Shown piece after piece: positions 36,430 to 45,181 of a DNA stretch of 64,000 bases. The stretch is from positions 4,818 through 68,817 of the forward strand of contig CAZRYT010000001.1 in the NCBI GenBank assembly GCA_964604415.1, read 5' to 3'. Each line of letters opens with the position of its first letter. Positions within the stretch are counted from its first letter, which is position 1. Below the pieces are notes generated by a model. It searched no databases. It worked only from the letters and a program-made list of their open reading frames with translations, and was not told the origin of the DNA. Both the position numbers and the translations under genes were made by a program. Origin of the DNA: an uncultured Candidatus Saccharibacteria bacterium (lineage in GTDB: Bacteria > Patescibacteriota > Saccharimonadia > Saccharimonadales > CAZJQT01).

Positions 36430-37890
36430 TTATCCCGATATTCCGAGTTGTTTCTTAATTAATTGTTGGGCTAGGCCAGGGTTAGCTTGGCCTTTTGATT
36501 CTTTCATAACTTGACCAACTAAAAAGCCGATGGCTTTCATCTCGCCTTTCTTAACATCTTCAGCTGGTTTAGGATTGTCTTTGATAACTTGAGTGACAAT
36601 TTTGGTAAGCTCGCTTTCATCCGAAAGCTGCAGGACTGATTTGGCTTTGGCTATCTCTGCTGGCTTACCACCTGTACCAAGCATTTCTAGCAAAACTACC
36701 TTGGCTCCAGACGAGCTAATCTTATTATCTTCTACCAACTCGGCCAACTTAATCAGCTGTTGAGGCACTAGTTTTAGACTTTCCCAGTTTAGTTTGCCAC
36801 TAGACACTAGCGCCTGGACGTCACCTACTAGCCAATTAGCTATTTTCTTGATTAACTCTGGTTTGACCTTTTGGTCTATAAGTTTAATTATCGCTTTTCC
36901 AGCCGGAATCTCATCTAGCAAAGTTTCAATTGAGGCCGGGTCAAGCTCAAGTGCTTGCAGACGACCACGGATAGAGCCCGGTAGAGCCGGCATATTTTTT
37001 TGGGTCTCAGAAATTTGTTGGCTACTCAAAACAACCGGTGGCAAGTCAGGCTCGGGGAAGTAACGATAGTCGTGAGCTTCTTCTTTACCGCGTTGCGAAA
37101 AAGTCTTTTGTTTGGCATCATCCCAACCACGAGTTTCCTGGACAATTATTTGGCCTTTCTCTAATAGCTCGACTTGGCGCTCGATTTCGTATTCAACGGC
37201 TTTTTCAACACTTCGGAAAGAGTTCAGGTTCTTGGTTTCAGTCCGGGTACCAAGCTGTTCATCCTTGCTAACTGACACATTGACATCAAATCGCATATTG
37301 CCGTGATAGAGGTCAGCGTCCGAAACATCGGCGTAGCGCATTAACAACCATAACTCGCGGACATAGGCTTTAGCCTCGGCCGAGGAATTCATGTCGGGCT
37401 CGGAAACAATCTCCAGTAATGGCGTGCCAGCCCGGTTTAGATCGACCAGGCTATAGTCAGCACCGGTCGGGTGAGTGGTCTTGCCAGCATCTTCTTCCAG
37501 ATGGGCCCGGGTAATTTTGACCCGTTTGGGTTGACCGTTCACGCTTATATCAACGAAGCCACCGACAACGATTGGCTGATCAAATTGCGTGATCTGGTAG
37601 CCCTTAGGCAAATCCGGGTAAAAATAATGTTTACGATCAAACTTGCTAAAGTGCTGCGGCTTAGTATTGAGGGCAAAAGCGGCCTTCATAGCTAGGTTAA
37701 TAGCTGCTTCGTTCAAAACCGGCAAAGCGCCAGGCATACCCAAATCAATGTGACTTATTAGAGTGTTAGGAGCAGCGTCGCGAGCATCATTATTAACAGC
37801 CGAGAACAACTTGGTCTTTGTCTTGAGCTGGACATGGCACTCAATGCCAATCGTCACTTTGTATTTAGAGCGGGCTTCTTTACTTATCAT
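36430..37890 (-). CDS. gatB: Asp/Glu-tRNA amidotransferase subunit B
   Basis: 486 aa. GatB N-terminal GIECHVQL motif and a C-terminal YqeY-like domain. Confidence 0.96.
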   Translation of the reverse strand: MISKEARSKYKVTIGIECHVQLKTKTKLFSAVNNDARDAAPNTLISHIDLGMPGALPVLNEAAINLAMKAAFALNTKPQHFSKFDRKHYFYPDLPKGYQITQFDQPIVVGGFVDISVNGQPKRVKITRAHLEEDAGKTTHPTGADYSLVDLNRAGTPLLEIVSEPDMNSSAEAKAYVRELWLLMRYADVSDADLYHGNMRFDVNVSVSKDEQLGTRTETKNLNSFRSVEKAVEYEIERQVELLEKGQIIVQETRGWDDAKQKTFSQRGKEEAHDYRYFPEPDLPPVVLSSQQISETQKNMPALPGSIRGRLQALELDPASIETLLDEIPAGKAIIKLIDQKVKPELIKKIANWLVGDVQALVSSGKLNWESLKLVPQQLIKLAELVEDNKISSSGAKVVLLEMLGTGGKPAEIAKAKSVLQLSDESELTKIVTQVIKDNPKPAEDVKKGEMKAIGFLVGQVMKESKGQANPGLAQQLIKKQLGISG

Positions 37891-38305
37891 TCGGCAAGGC
37901 TCCTAGATCCTTCAGAGCTTCACGGTAACTAATCAGCGCTTCTTTGACTACTGATTCGTTGAGCTTGACTTTATCTGGCCGCTCATTGAGTTGTTTGACA
38001 AGGTTGTGAGCTTGCCAGACATCATCATTGTCTTTAAATAATCGTTGCGCCGATACCAGACGCGCGCCCATGGATTTGCCCTTGATGCGCTTTTTCCGAA
38101 GGGCTTTGTCTAACAATTTATCAGCCGCCCTTAGTGCTTGTGGCCAAGTTGTCTTATCACGGCAATACAATTGAAGTTCCCGCCACCGGAGGACGAATTT
38201 TGGTTTTTTGAGCCGTTTTGACAATAATCGGTAAACAAATAAGACGATAGCTATCAAAACAAGCGCTGACGCTGCGCCTAGTTCAGCCAAAATAAGTTTG
38301 CTCAT
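37880..38305 (-). CDS. Single-pass membrane protein of unknown function inserted between gatA and gatB
   Basis: 141 aa. N-terminal TM helix followed by a basic helical domain. It overlaps gatA by 4 nt and gatB by 11 nt. Confidence 0.6.
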   Translation of the reverse strand: MSKLILAELGAASALVLIAIVLFVYRLLSKRLKKPKFVLRWRELQLYCRDKTTWPQALRAADKLLDKALRKKRIKGKSMGARLVSAQRLFKDNDDVWQAHNLVKQLNERPDKVKLNESVVKEALISYREALKDLGALPNDK

Positions 38306-39723
38306 GTCAGTAACTCCTCAACCGAAGCCGCCAAACCAAGCAATGACCGGTCAGCTTTTTGTGGTGCCATCAATTGCAAACCAACTGGCAAGCCATTAGC
38401 TTTACCAGACGCTAAGCTTATAGATGGGATGCCGGTTAGGTTGGCGGCTACCGTCATAATATCCGTCAGATACATTTTGAGTGGATCATCAACGTTAGCG
38501 CCAATCGCAAAAGCCACCGATGGTGCCGTCGGGCCAAGCAAAAAATCAACTTTTTTGAACACTTGGTTAAATTCGTCTATTAGTTTGGTACGGAGTTGCT
38601 GGGCCCGTCTGTAATACGCGTCGTAGTAGCCACTGGATAGAACGTAAGTACCGATCATAATGCGCCGCTTAGCTTCCTGACCAAAGCCTTCACTCCTTGA
38701 CCAGTTGTAGCTATCGTCTAGGCTTTTAGCCTCTTTAGAACTGTGACCATAGCGCTGGCCGTCATAGCGGCTGAGATTACTACTGACTTCAGCCGGCATA
38801 ATTATGTAATAAGCTGCTAGAGCTAGTGGCAAAGACGGCAAGCTAACTTCTGTTATTACGGCGCCGGCCTGTTTGAGCTGGTCAATATTATTCTCTATAA
38901 TTTGCCTGACTTCGGCATCCAAACCTTCGCCCATGTATTCTTTGATAACGCCTATTTTGGCTCCTTTTATGTCCCCTGTACCAACATAACTTTTTGGATC
39001 ACGCTTAATGCTAGTTGAATCTAATCCGTCTTGATCTGCCATAACATCTAATACATAAGCTACGTCAGCCACTGTTTTAGCCAAGGGCCCAATTACATCC
39101 GTACTGCTTGCCATAGCAATCACGCCGCTGCGCGATACTAAACCATAGGTCGGCTTATAGCCAACAGCACCGCAGAAAGCAGCCGGCAAGCGGATAGAAC
39201 CACCGGTATCGGTGCCGAGTGCAAAAGGCACCATATCCAGAATGACCGAAGCCGCTGAACCACCGCTACTACCACCCGGCACGCGAGATTTGTCGTGGGG
39301 GTTTTTAGTAGTCATAAAATCCGAGTTTTCTGTTGAGGAGCCGTGCGCGAAGGCGTCCAGGTTAGCTTTAGCTACGCAGATAGCGCCCTCGGCCTCAAGT
39401 TTTTCAATAGCCGTAGCCTGGTAAGGCGCTTCAAAACCTTTGAGAATGTTGCTGGCAGCCGTAGTTTCTGAGCCAAATGTCAAAAAATTGTCTTTAGCTA
39501 TGAAAGGCACTCCGGCCAGCCGCCCGATTTTCTTGCCTGTCGAAACATCTAGATCGATCTGCTTAGCCCGTGCTAAGGCACGGTCTTCAACCACAGCTAT
39601 AACGGCGTCAAAATCGCGATTGGCCTCAATGGTTTTGAGGGCTTTATGCACTAGCTCGGTGGCTGTTTGTTTGCCCGACTGAACATCGATGGCAATATCA
39701 GCAATAGACGGCCATTGGCTCAT
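38302..39723 (-). CDS. gatA: Glu-tRNA(Gln) amidotransferase subunit A
   Basis: 473 aa. Amidase signature GGSSGGSAA and the Ser-cisSer-Lys triad context. Confidence 0.96.
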   Translation of the reverse strand: MSQWPSIADIAIDVQSGKQTATELVHKALKTIEANRDFDAVIAVVEDRALARAKQIDLDVSTGKKIGRLAGVPFIAKDNFLTFGSETTAASNILKGFEAPYQATAIEKLEAEGAICVAKANLDAFAHGSSTENSDFMTTKNPHDKSRVPGGSSGGSAASVILDMVPFALGTDTGGSIRLPAAFCGAVGYKPTYGLVSRSGVIAMASSTDVIGPLAKTVADVAYVLDVMADQDGLDSTSIKRDPKSYVGTGDIKGAKIGVIKEYMGEGLDAEVRQIIENNIDQLKQAGAVITEVSLPSLPLALAAYYIIMPAEVSSNLSRYDGQRYGHSSKEAKSLDDSYNWSRSEGFGQEAKRRIMIGTYVLSSGYYDAYYRRAQQLRTKLIDEFNQVFKKVDFLLGPTAPSVAFAIGANVDDPLKMYLTDIMTVAANLTGIPSISLASGKANGLPVGLQLMAPQKADRSLLGLAASVEELLT

Positions 39724-40010
39724 AGTATTCTCTTGACTTTTATATGGCCGTCTTTGGTAGCCGGTGCGTTTTTGAGCAACTCTTTAGTACTAACACCGTA
39801 GTTGATTTCTGTGTCGGCACGCATAACATTAGTCAGCCCAGTGACTTGACTGGTCGGCTCCAAGCCACCAAGATTTAGTTTTTGTAGCTGTTCAACATAG
39901 CCCAAGATAGAGGAAATTTCAGTCTGGAATTTCTCGACGTCTTCATCAGACAACTGCAGTCGCGCTAGTCGCGCCAATTTTAAAACATCATCCTTAGAAA
40001 GTTTTGCCAT
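39720..40010 (-). CDS. gatC: Asp/Glu-tRNA amidotransferase subunit C
   Basis: 96 aa. Typical GatC sequence (LARLxL...IL.YV..L). It overlaps gatA by 4 nt. Confidence 0.9.
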   Translation of the reverse strand: MAKLSKDDVLKLARLARLQLSDEDVEKFQTEISSILGYVEQLQKLNLGGLEPTSQVTGLTNVMRADTEINYGVSTKELLKNAPATKDGHIKVKRIL

Positions 40011-40105
40011 TTCCTAACAGTATATCAAAGAAGTAAACTTGATACCTTTACAATGTTTTTAGGCAGGACTACAATGAACTAAAGCTTGGAGCTTAAATCA
40101 AAACT

Positions 40106-41182
40106 ATGAATGTGATAAACCTATTTGATCGTAACGCTGCTGTTAGTGAACAAGAACAGATACACCCTCGTGAAAACGGGGGTGTTTTATTAGAACCACC
40201 TGTTCCCTATGACCTTGATGTTGTTAAACGGCGCCTACTATGGCAAACCGACATGGAAGATATTGGCCATTTTGAACGCTATGAAGTTACCTTTGATGAT
40301 GGCAGTCGCTACCAAGAACAAAAGGCCATGCCACTCAACCAAGAGTATGATCTGGGTGTGTCAATGACCACGCCTTGGTGGGTTCGTATCTCTGGTTATG
40401 CCACCGAAGTTCAAAAGGAGTTAGCCAAAGAAGGTATTGCATCGGATTTAGTTGGTCCACCGGAATTTAACTTTAACATCAAGTCTATTTTTCGTTTCTT
40501 TGAGCAAGTCAAAATGGAACGGGATGCCTCTGTCCAGATGGTCTTGTTTAAGGAAGCCGCTCGCAGTGGCTTGTTCAGCGAAGAGGAAATGATGGCCACC
40601 GGCTATTCACGTGGAGCAATGATGATATGGTATTTGCTGGCCTTCGAGGAAGCTTTCGGTGTAAACCTCGCATATTTCGATTCTAATGATCCATGCTTGA
40701 CAGAAGCGATCTCAGCCAGCGACGTGGATCTCCATGACCTTGATACCTATACTTATTTACCTCGCGAAATTTTGGCTGGTCGCGAAGCTATTAGACGGCA
40801 CTCCAAAGAAGATAAGTGGCGGCTTGTAAAACATCATGAACGGGGCAGACATTTTCTCTTACAACACCTGGCGGTCGGAGCTTCAATACTAGACGGGCAG
40901 GCGGGCAAACCCCTGCCATTTATACCTAAGGATAAAACAGGATCGGTACGTTTGTATGATGATAGTATTGGCAACCAGGGCGATAAGTTAAAAGCCAAGC
41001 TGGTTGGCCACCCATACATCCACGTCGGCGACAGGCGGGGTCTGCACGCATCAGGCATGAGCCCAAATGTGCGACGCGCGGCCGTCGGCCGTATCGCCAT
41101 TGCCCAAAACTATCATAAAGAGCAGATACCTTTTGGGAATAAAGACTTACTTAAAATAACTTATTTACAAGAGACTGCCTAA
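40106..41182 (+). CDS. Hypothetical protein with a GxSxG (GYSRG) nucleophile-elbow motif; possible alpha/beta hydrolase
   Basis: 358-aa ORF. A TTTACA-17 nt-TACAAT promoter-like element lies upstream (40048-40076). No signal peptide. Confidence 0.55.
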   Translation: MNVINLFDRNAAVSEQEQIHPRENGGVLLEPPVPYDLDVVKRRLLWQTDMEDIGHFERYEVTFDDGSRYQEQKAMPLNQEYDLGVSMTTPWWVRISGYATEVQKELAKEGIASDLVGPPEFNFNIKSIFRFFEQVKMERDASVQMVLFKEAARSGLFSEEEMMATGYSRGAMMIWYLLAFEEAFGVNLAYFDSNDPCLTEAISASDVDLHDLDTYTYLPREILAGREAIRRHSKEDKWRLVKHHERGRHFLLQHLAVGASILDGQAGKPLPFIPKDKTGSVRLYDDSIGNQGDKLKAKLVGHPYIHVGDRRGLHASGMSPNVRRAAVGRIAIAQNYHKEQIPFGNKDLLKITYLQETA

Positions 41183-41241
41183 AGCTTACTTTTAACGTCG
41201 GCTATTATGTCGCGCAGTTCGGCGGCTTTTTCAAATTCCAA
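41179..41241 (-). pseudogene. Orphan uvrB 3'-terminal remnant (last ~20 codons plus stop)
   Basis: Minus-strand translation gives [20 protein letters not shown], against the real UvrB C-terminus [20 protein letters not shown]. No uvrB body lies upstream of it. Confidence 0.75.
41197..41240. repeat. Direct repeat copy A (44 nt)
   Basis: GTCGGCTATTATGTCGCGCAGTTCGGCGGCTTTTTCaAATTCCA is identical to 42598-42641 apart from one mismatch. The offset is 1401 bp. Confidence 0.9.
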
Positions 41242-41303
41242 GTCAGTAAAGCCAATTGAGCTACAAGTAAGCCGACTATTGGACGATAACTATCAGAGGA
41301 TAC

Positions 41304-41332
41304 TTGTGTATTGTTCTATTATATGTTATTAT
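41304..41332 (+). promoter_or_regulatory. Promoter-like TTGTGT-17 nt-TATTAT, 6 nt upstream of ATG 41339
   Basis: Read directly. There is no SD between the -10 box and the ATG. Confidence 0.45.
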
Positions 41333-41338
41333 ACACTT

Positions 41339-42583
41339 ATGTCCGGTGAATTATTAACGCAGCGGGTTCGCGGTAGTGCTATGGCATTTGCCATGGCCGG
41401 TTCCTTGATACTGGGTGGCTGTGTAGAAAGCGGTCATACTTCAAAACAGACCAACTCTGCTTCAGCAGAATCCTCACCCTTTACCGGGGCTCCCCAACAA
41501 TGTATTGAGCCGACAATTGACGAGATTAACACAGCGGATCATTTACTCAGAGCACCCGAAGATCCGCTGGCGAGTATCCCAGTTTCCGTAAGTCAGAGAG
41601 GATCTGATTACGAGGATCAGATGGCAAAATATGCCGATTTCCTAAAACAAACGGCCGCCGAAGACCACGTAACTATCTTTGATGGTGCACCTGCTGCCAA
41701 TAACATTTATCACAACCTGGCTGGTATGAAACCCGCGCCTGAATCATTTGCCACGTATCTGACTGAGGTTCAACAGTTTTTAGATCAACTCGGCGTGACC
41801 TTGACAGTAGCCGAACCCGGTGTAACGTACTCGTACGGTGGCCGCGTTCCAACTGCTGAAGAATTAGCCACAAAAAGTGCCGCCTATTTATTGGCTGATA
41901 TTGCCACGGCTTTTTCTAACCTGCCCAAGGAATACGTCGAGTTGGCTGGTTTGAAGCACATTATCATCGTCGCTGGTACTGATACTGAGGATGTCGCCGG
42001 CTATGCCAATACCGAATATCCGCACGACACGATTGTCCTGGATATACTTAAAACTCCGGACCAATCAATTTCCCCTAGTGGCGTGAACCATGAACTCTAT
42101 CACTTGATTGACGCTGCCAGTTGTGGCGCCGCAGATATGTTTAACGACCATGGGTTTGTAGCGTTAAATGGCGACCGTATGTTGTATTCAAACGTTCCGC
42201 TTGACACAAGACCTACCTATCCTTCATACAAAGACAGCTTCACAACAGAACAAAACAACGACACACAGATGCTCGTTAATGCCAACCAGCAAGCCGACAA
42301 TACCTTGCGGTGTCAGATTGTTAGCCAAGAGCTCTCTGATCAAGCCGAAGTTGTAACCGTGTCAGACTATCATCCTAATCCTGCTGAAGATAAGGCCGAG
42401 ATCGGCTCGGTTATTCCAAATACCAATGACTATGTTGAATTCGACAACCCGCAGTATGCCACCTTATACCCGAAATTTCGCTACCTTTTAGCTCGTTTAT
42501 ATCATCAAAACCCCGGAATTGTCAGGTTCTTTGCCAAAACCAGCCGGCGCCCGATGGAAGATCCACTGCGGGCAAACTGCTAG
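41339..42583 (+). CDS. Lipoprotein with an HExxH motif (putative secreted zinc metallopeptidase)
   Basis: 414 aa from ATG 41339. Signal peptide with lipobox LILGG-C. Motif [10 protein letters not shown]. The track start at 41207 lies inside the uvrB-derived repeat and is rejected. Confidence 0.7.
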   Translation: MSGELLTQRVRGSAMAFAMAGSLILGGCVESGHTSKQTNSASAESSPFTGAPQQCIEPTIDEINTADHLLRAPEDPLASIPVSVSQRGSDYEDQMAKYADFLKQTAAEDHVTIFDGAPAANNIYHNLAGMKPAPESFATYLTEVQQFLDQLGVTLTVAEPGVTYSYGGRVPTAEELATKSAAYLLADIATAFSNLPKEYVELAGLKHIIIVAGTDTEDVAGYANTEYPHDTIVLDILKTPDQSISPSGVNHELYHLIDAASCGAADMFNDHGFVALNGDRMLYSNVPLDTRPTYPSYKDSFTTEQNNDTQMLVNANQQADNTLRCQIVSQELSDQAEVVTVSDYHPNPAEDKAEIGSVIPNTNDYVEFDNPQYATLYPKFRYLLARLYHQNPGIVRFFAKTSRRPMEDPLRANC

Positions 42584-44544
42584 ATTTTAGACTTGATGTC
42601 GGCTATTATGTCGCGCAGTTCGGCGGCTTTTTCGAATTCCAGATTAGCGGCCGCTAGTTCCATTTGAGCGCTCAGGTCGCGGATCAGATGGCCGTATTCA
42701 TCTTTAGGAATTTTCTTGAGATCCAATTTGGCTTTCTTAGCTTCTTCAGGTAAGTCAGGACGCATACCTTTTTCAATAGTTTTAGCAATGCTGGTGGGAG
42801 TGATGTGGTGTTTTGTATTGTAATCTTCTTGGATTTTGCGACGGCGATTTGTCTCGTCAATGGCTCGCTTCATGCTGCCGGTGACGTGGTCGGCGTACAT
42901 TAGCACTCGTCCTTCCTGGTGGCGGGCGGCTCGGCCGATGGTTTGGATCAAAGCTTGCTCACTACGTAGAAAGCCCTCCTTATCGGCATCCAAGATAGCT
43001 ATTAGACTAACTTCTGGTAAGTCCAAACCCTCACGTAGTAGGTTAATGCCAACCACAACATCATAAGTACCTAGTCGCAGATCACGCAGGATGTCAGTGC
43101 GCTCCAAAGTCTCAACGTCGCTATGAAGATAGGTAACTTTGATCTTAATTTCACTTAAATACTCGGTCAGGTCTTCGGCCATGCGCTTAGTTAAAGTTGT
43201 CACCAAAATACGCTGGCGCTTATCAATGGTAGCTTTTATTTCGTTGATTAAATCATCAATCTGGCCATCTATGGGCTTAAGTTCAATCTTCGGATCTAGC
43301 AAACCAGTTGGGCGAATAACCTGCTGAGCTGGCTTGGGACTGCGACTGAGCTCATAGTCAGCCGGCGTTGCGCTAACATAAACCGCCTGGTTAATGTGCT
43401 TTTCAAACTCCGTAAAAGTCAATGGCCGGTTATCCAGAGCGCTAGGTAGCCTAAAACCATGTTCTACTAAGACTTCCTTGCGCGCTCGGTCGCCGTTGTA
43501 CATGCCGCGTACCTGTGGCATGGTCATGTGCGATTCATCAATAAATAATAAATAGTCGTCCGGGAAATAGTCCATGAGCGTAGCTGGCTGTTCACCTGGC
43601 TCACGGTTAGTCAGATAACGACTGTAGTTTTCGATGCCTTTCACAAAGCCGGTTTCTTCCATCATTTCCAGATCAAACCGTGTACGCTGTTCTAAGCGCT
43701 GGGCTTCTAGTAATTGTCCATTTTTCTTAAAGTAGCTTAGTCTCTCGGCTAGTTCGGCTTCAATTTTACCCAGAGCACCTTTGAGCTTTTGCTCTGGAGT
43801 AACATAGTGGCTACTTGGGAAAATTCGCACCTTTGAGGGTTTTTGTAAAATCTCGCCAGTCAACGGGTCAATTTGCGTGATTTTGTCTATTTGGTCACCA
43901 AAAAACTCCAGACGATAGGCTAGCTCTTCGCCGGCTGGAAAAACATCGACAGTATCGCCGCGCACCCTAAAAACACCACGATGAAAATCATGATCGTTGC
44001 GTTGGTATTGAATATCAGTTAAGCGTCTGAGTAGTTTGTCGCGTTGATGACGCTCGCCAAGTTTTACTTGCAGTGATAGGTTGCCATAGTCCTCAACTGA
44101 GCCAATTCCATAGATACAGCTGACTGAGGCGACAATGATGACATCACGCCGGGTTAAAAGCGCGTCAGTAGCCGCGTGGCGCAAGCGGTCAATCTCCTCA
44201 TTTATCTGTGAATCTTTTTCTATGTAAGTATCGGATCGCGGGATATAAGCTTCTGGCTGATAATAATCAAAATAACTTACAAAGTAGTGCACGGCATTGT
44301 CTGGAAAAAACTGCTTGAATTCTGAGTACAGTTGAGCTGCTAGAGTTTTGTTATGACTAAGCACCAGAGTTGGCCTCTGCTGATTAGCGATCAAATTGGC
44401 CATTGTAAAAGTCTTACCACTACCAGTTACTCCTAGCAGAACTTGTTCTTTAACTTTGTCTTCTAGGCCTTTGTTCAACTTAGCAATTGCCGACGGTTGA
44501 TCGCCAGTTGGCTGATAATTGCTCTTTAGTCTGAGTTTAGTCAC
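42580..44544 (-). CDS. uvrB: Excinuclease ABC subunit B
   Basis: 654 aa. Walker A GVTGSGKT, helicase motifs, beta-hairpin region and a C-terminal UVR domain. Confidence 0.97.
   Translation of the reverse strand: MTKLRLKSNYQPTGDQPSAIAKLNKGLEDKVKEQVLLGVTGSGKTFTMANLIANQQRPTLVLSHNKTLAAQLYSEFKQFFPDNAVHYFVSYFDYYQPEAYIPRSDTYIEKDSQINEEIDRLRHAATDALLTRRDVIIVASVSCIYGIGSVEDYGNLSLQVKLGERHQRDKLLRRLTDIQYQRNDHDFHRGVFRVRGDTVDVFPAGEELAYRLEFFGDQIDKITQIDPLTGEILQKPSKVRIFPSSHYVTPEQKLKGALGKIEAELAERLSYFKKNGQLLEAQRLEQRTRFDLEMMEETGFVKGIENYSRYLTNREPGEQPATLMDYFPDDYLLFIDESHMTMPQVRGMYNGDRARKEVLVEHGFRLPSALDNRPLTFTEFEKHINQAVYVSATPADYELSRSPKPAQQVIRPTGLLDPKIELKPIDGQIDDLINEIKATIDKRQRILVTTLTKRMAEDLTEYLSEIKIKVTYLHSDVETLERTDILRDLRLGTYDVVVGINLLREGLDLPEVSLIAILDADKEGFLRSEQALIQTIGRAARHQEGRVLMYADHVTGSMKRAIDETNRRRKIQEDYNTKHHITPTSIAKTIEKGMRPDLPEEAKKAKLDLKKIPKDEYGHLIRDLSAQMELAAANLEFEKAAELRDIIADIKSKI
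42598..42641. repeat. Direct repeat copy B (44 nt, inside the genuine uvrB 3' end)
   Basis: See copy A. Confidence 0.9.
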
Positions 44545-44569
44545 CGTTTAATTGTAGCAGTCAGTAGAC

Positions 44570-45181
44570 TCAACCAAGTTGTTTGTGGTGGCCGTCTTGT
44601 TCCATAAACCATTTATGGCTGAGCTCAGCAGCGTTGAAGTCCTTGTACTCAATGTCCAGCATAGCTATAACCTTTTTGACCAGTCGGGCTGGGTTATCAT
44701 CAAGAATCATATATTGACGGTTGACAGCCTCAAGACGGTCAAGTAGTTCGGGAATGATGTCAGCCGTGCCACCACTACCAACCAAGACACCACAAGGCAT
44801 GCTAGACTCTAGGGCGGTGGTGAATTCATGCAAGCTACCAAAACGACCACCAACAGTAATGATGGCATCGCTTGACTGGACTAGATGGACATCACGACCA
44901 ACGTAGTGCATGCCAGTAAAGTTGATAAAGTCATAAACCCCAAGTGGCAGGCGATATTTTGAAACATGTTCGCGCAAACTACTAGCCGGTGAAAAACCGA
45001 TACTCATACCACCGTTTTCTTTGGCGGCTTTGGCTGCGTAAAACGGCAAGCCAACTGTTGCTCCGGTTGTCAAAATGTGTCCAGCTTTAGCTATAGCTTC
45101 ACCCAAGTCAGCCGCTAGCTCGTGGGCGTTTTTAACAGTTTTGCCGCTAGCTGCTCCGGACACACAGATAGCATAATTCAT
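44570..45181 (-). CDS. LOG/TIGR00725-like Rossmann protein (SLOG superfamily)
   Basis: 203 aa. Motifs GAASG...TTGATVG and GGRFGSLHEF (the PGGxGTxxE-type motif). Its ATG overlaps the upstream stop (ATGA). Confidence 0.65.
   Translation of the reverse strand: MNYAICVSGAASGKTVKNAHELAADLGEAIAKAGHILTTGATVGLPFYAAKAAKENGGMSIGFSPASSLREHVSKYRLPLGVYDFINFTGMHYVGRDVHLVQSSDAIITVGGRFGSLHEFTTALESSMPCGVLVGSGGTADIIPELLDRLEAVNRQYMILDDNPARLVKKVIAMLDIEYKDFNAAELSHKWFMEQDGHHKQLG

Noticed and set aside
36415-36435. The palindrome GGATAAT-A-ATTATCC between the HD-like gene and gatB, considered as a bidirectional terminator.
   Set aside because: It is AT-only with effectively no loop and no flanking U-tracts. It more likely arises by chance from two convergent stop codons 3 nt apart.
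41207-41338. The ORF-track start of the 458-aa ORF ([18 protein letters not shown]...).
   Set aside because: These codons read through the antisense of the uvrB-derived repeat. The same antisense ATG-TCG-CGC-AGT... occurs inside the real uvrB at 42608. A promoter-like element and a proper lipoprotein signal peptide begin at ATG 41339.
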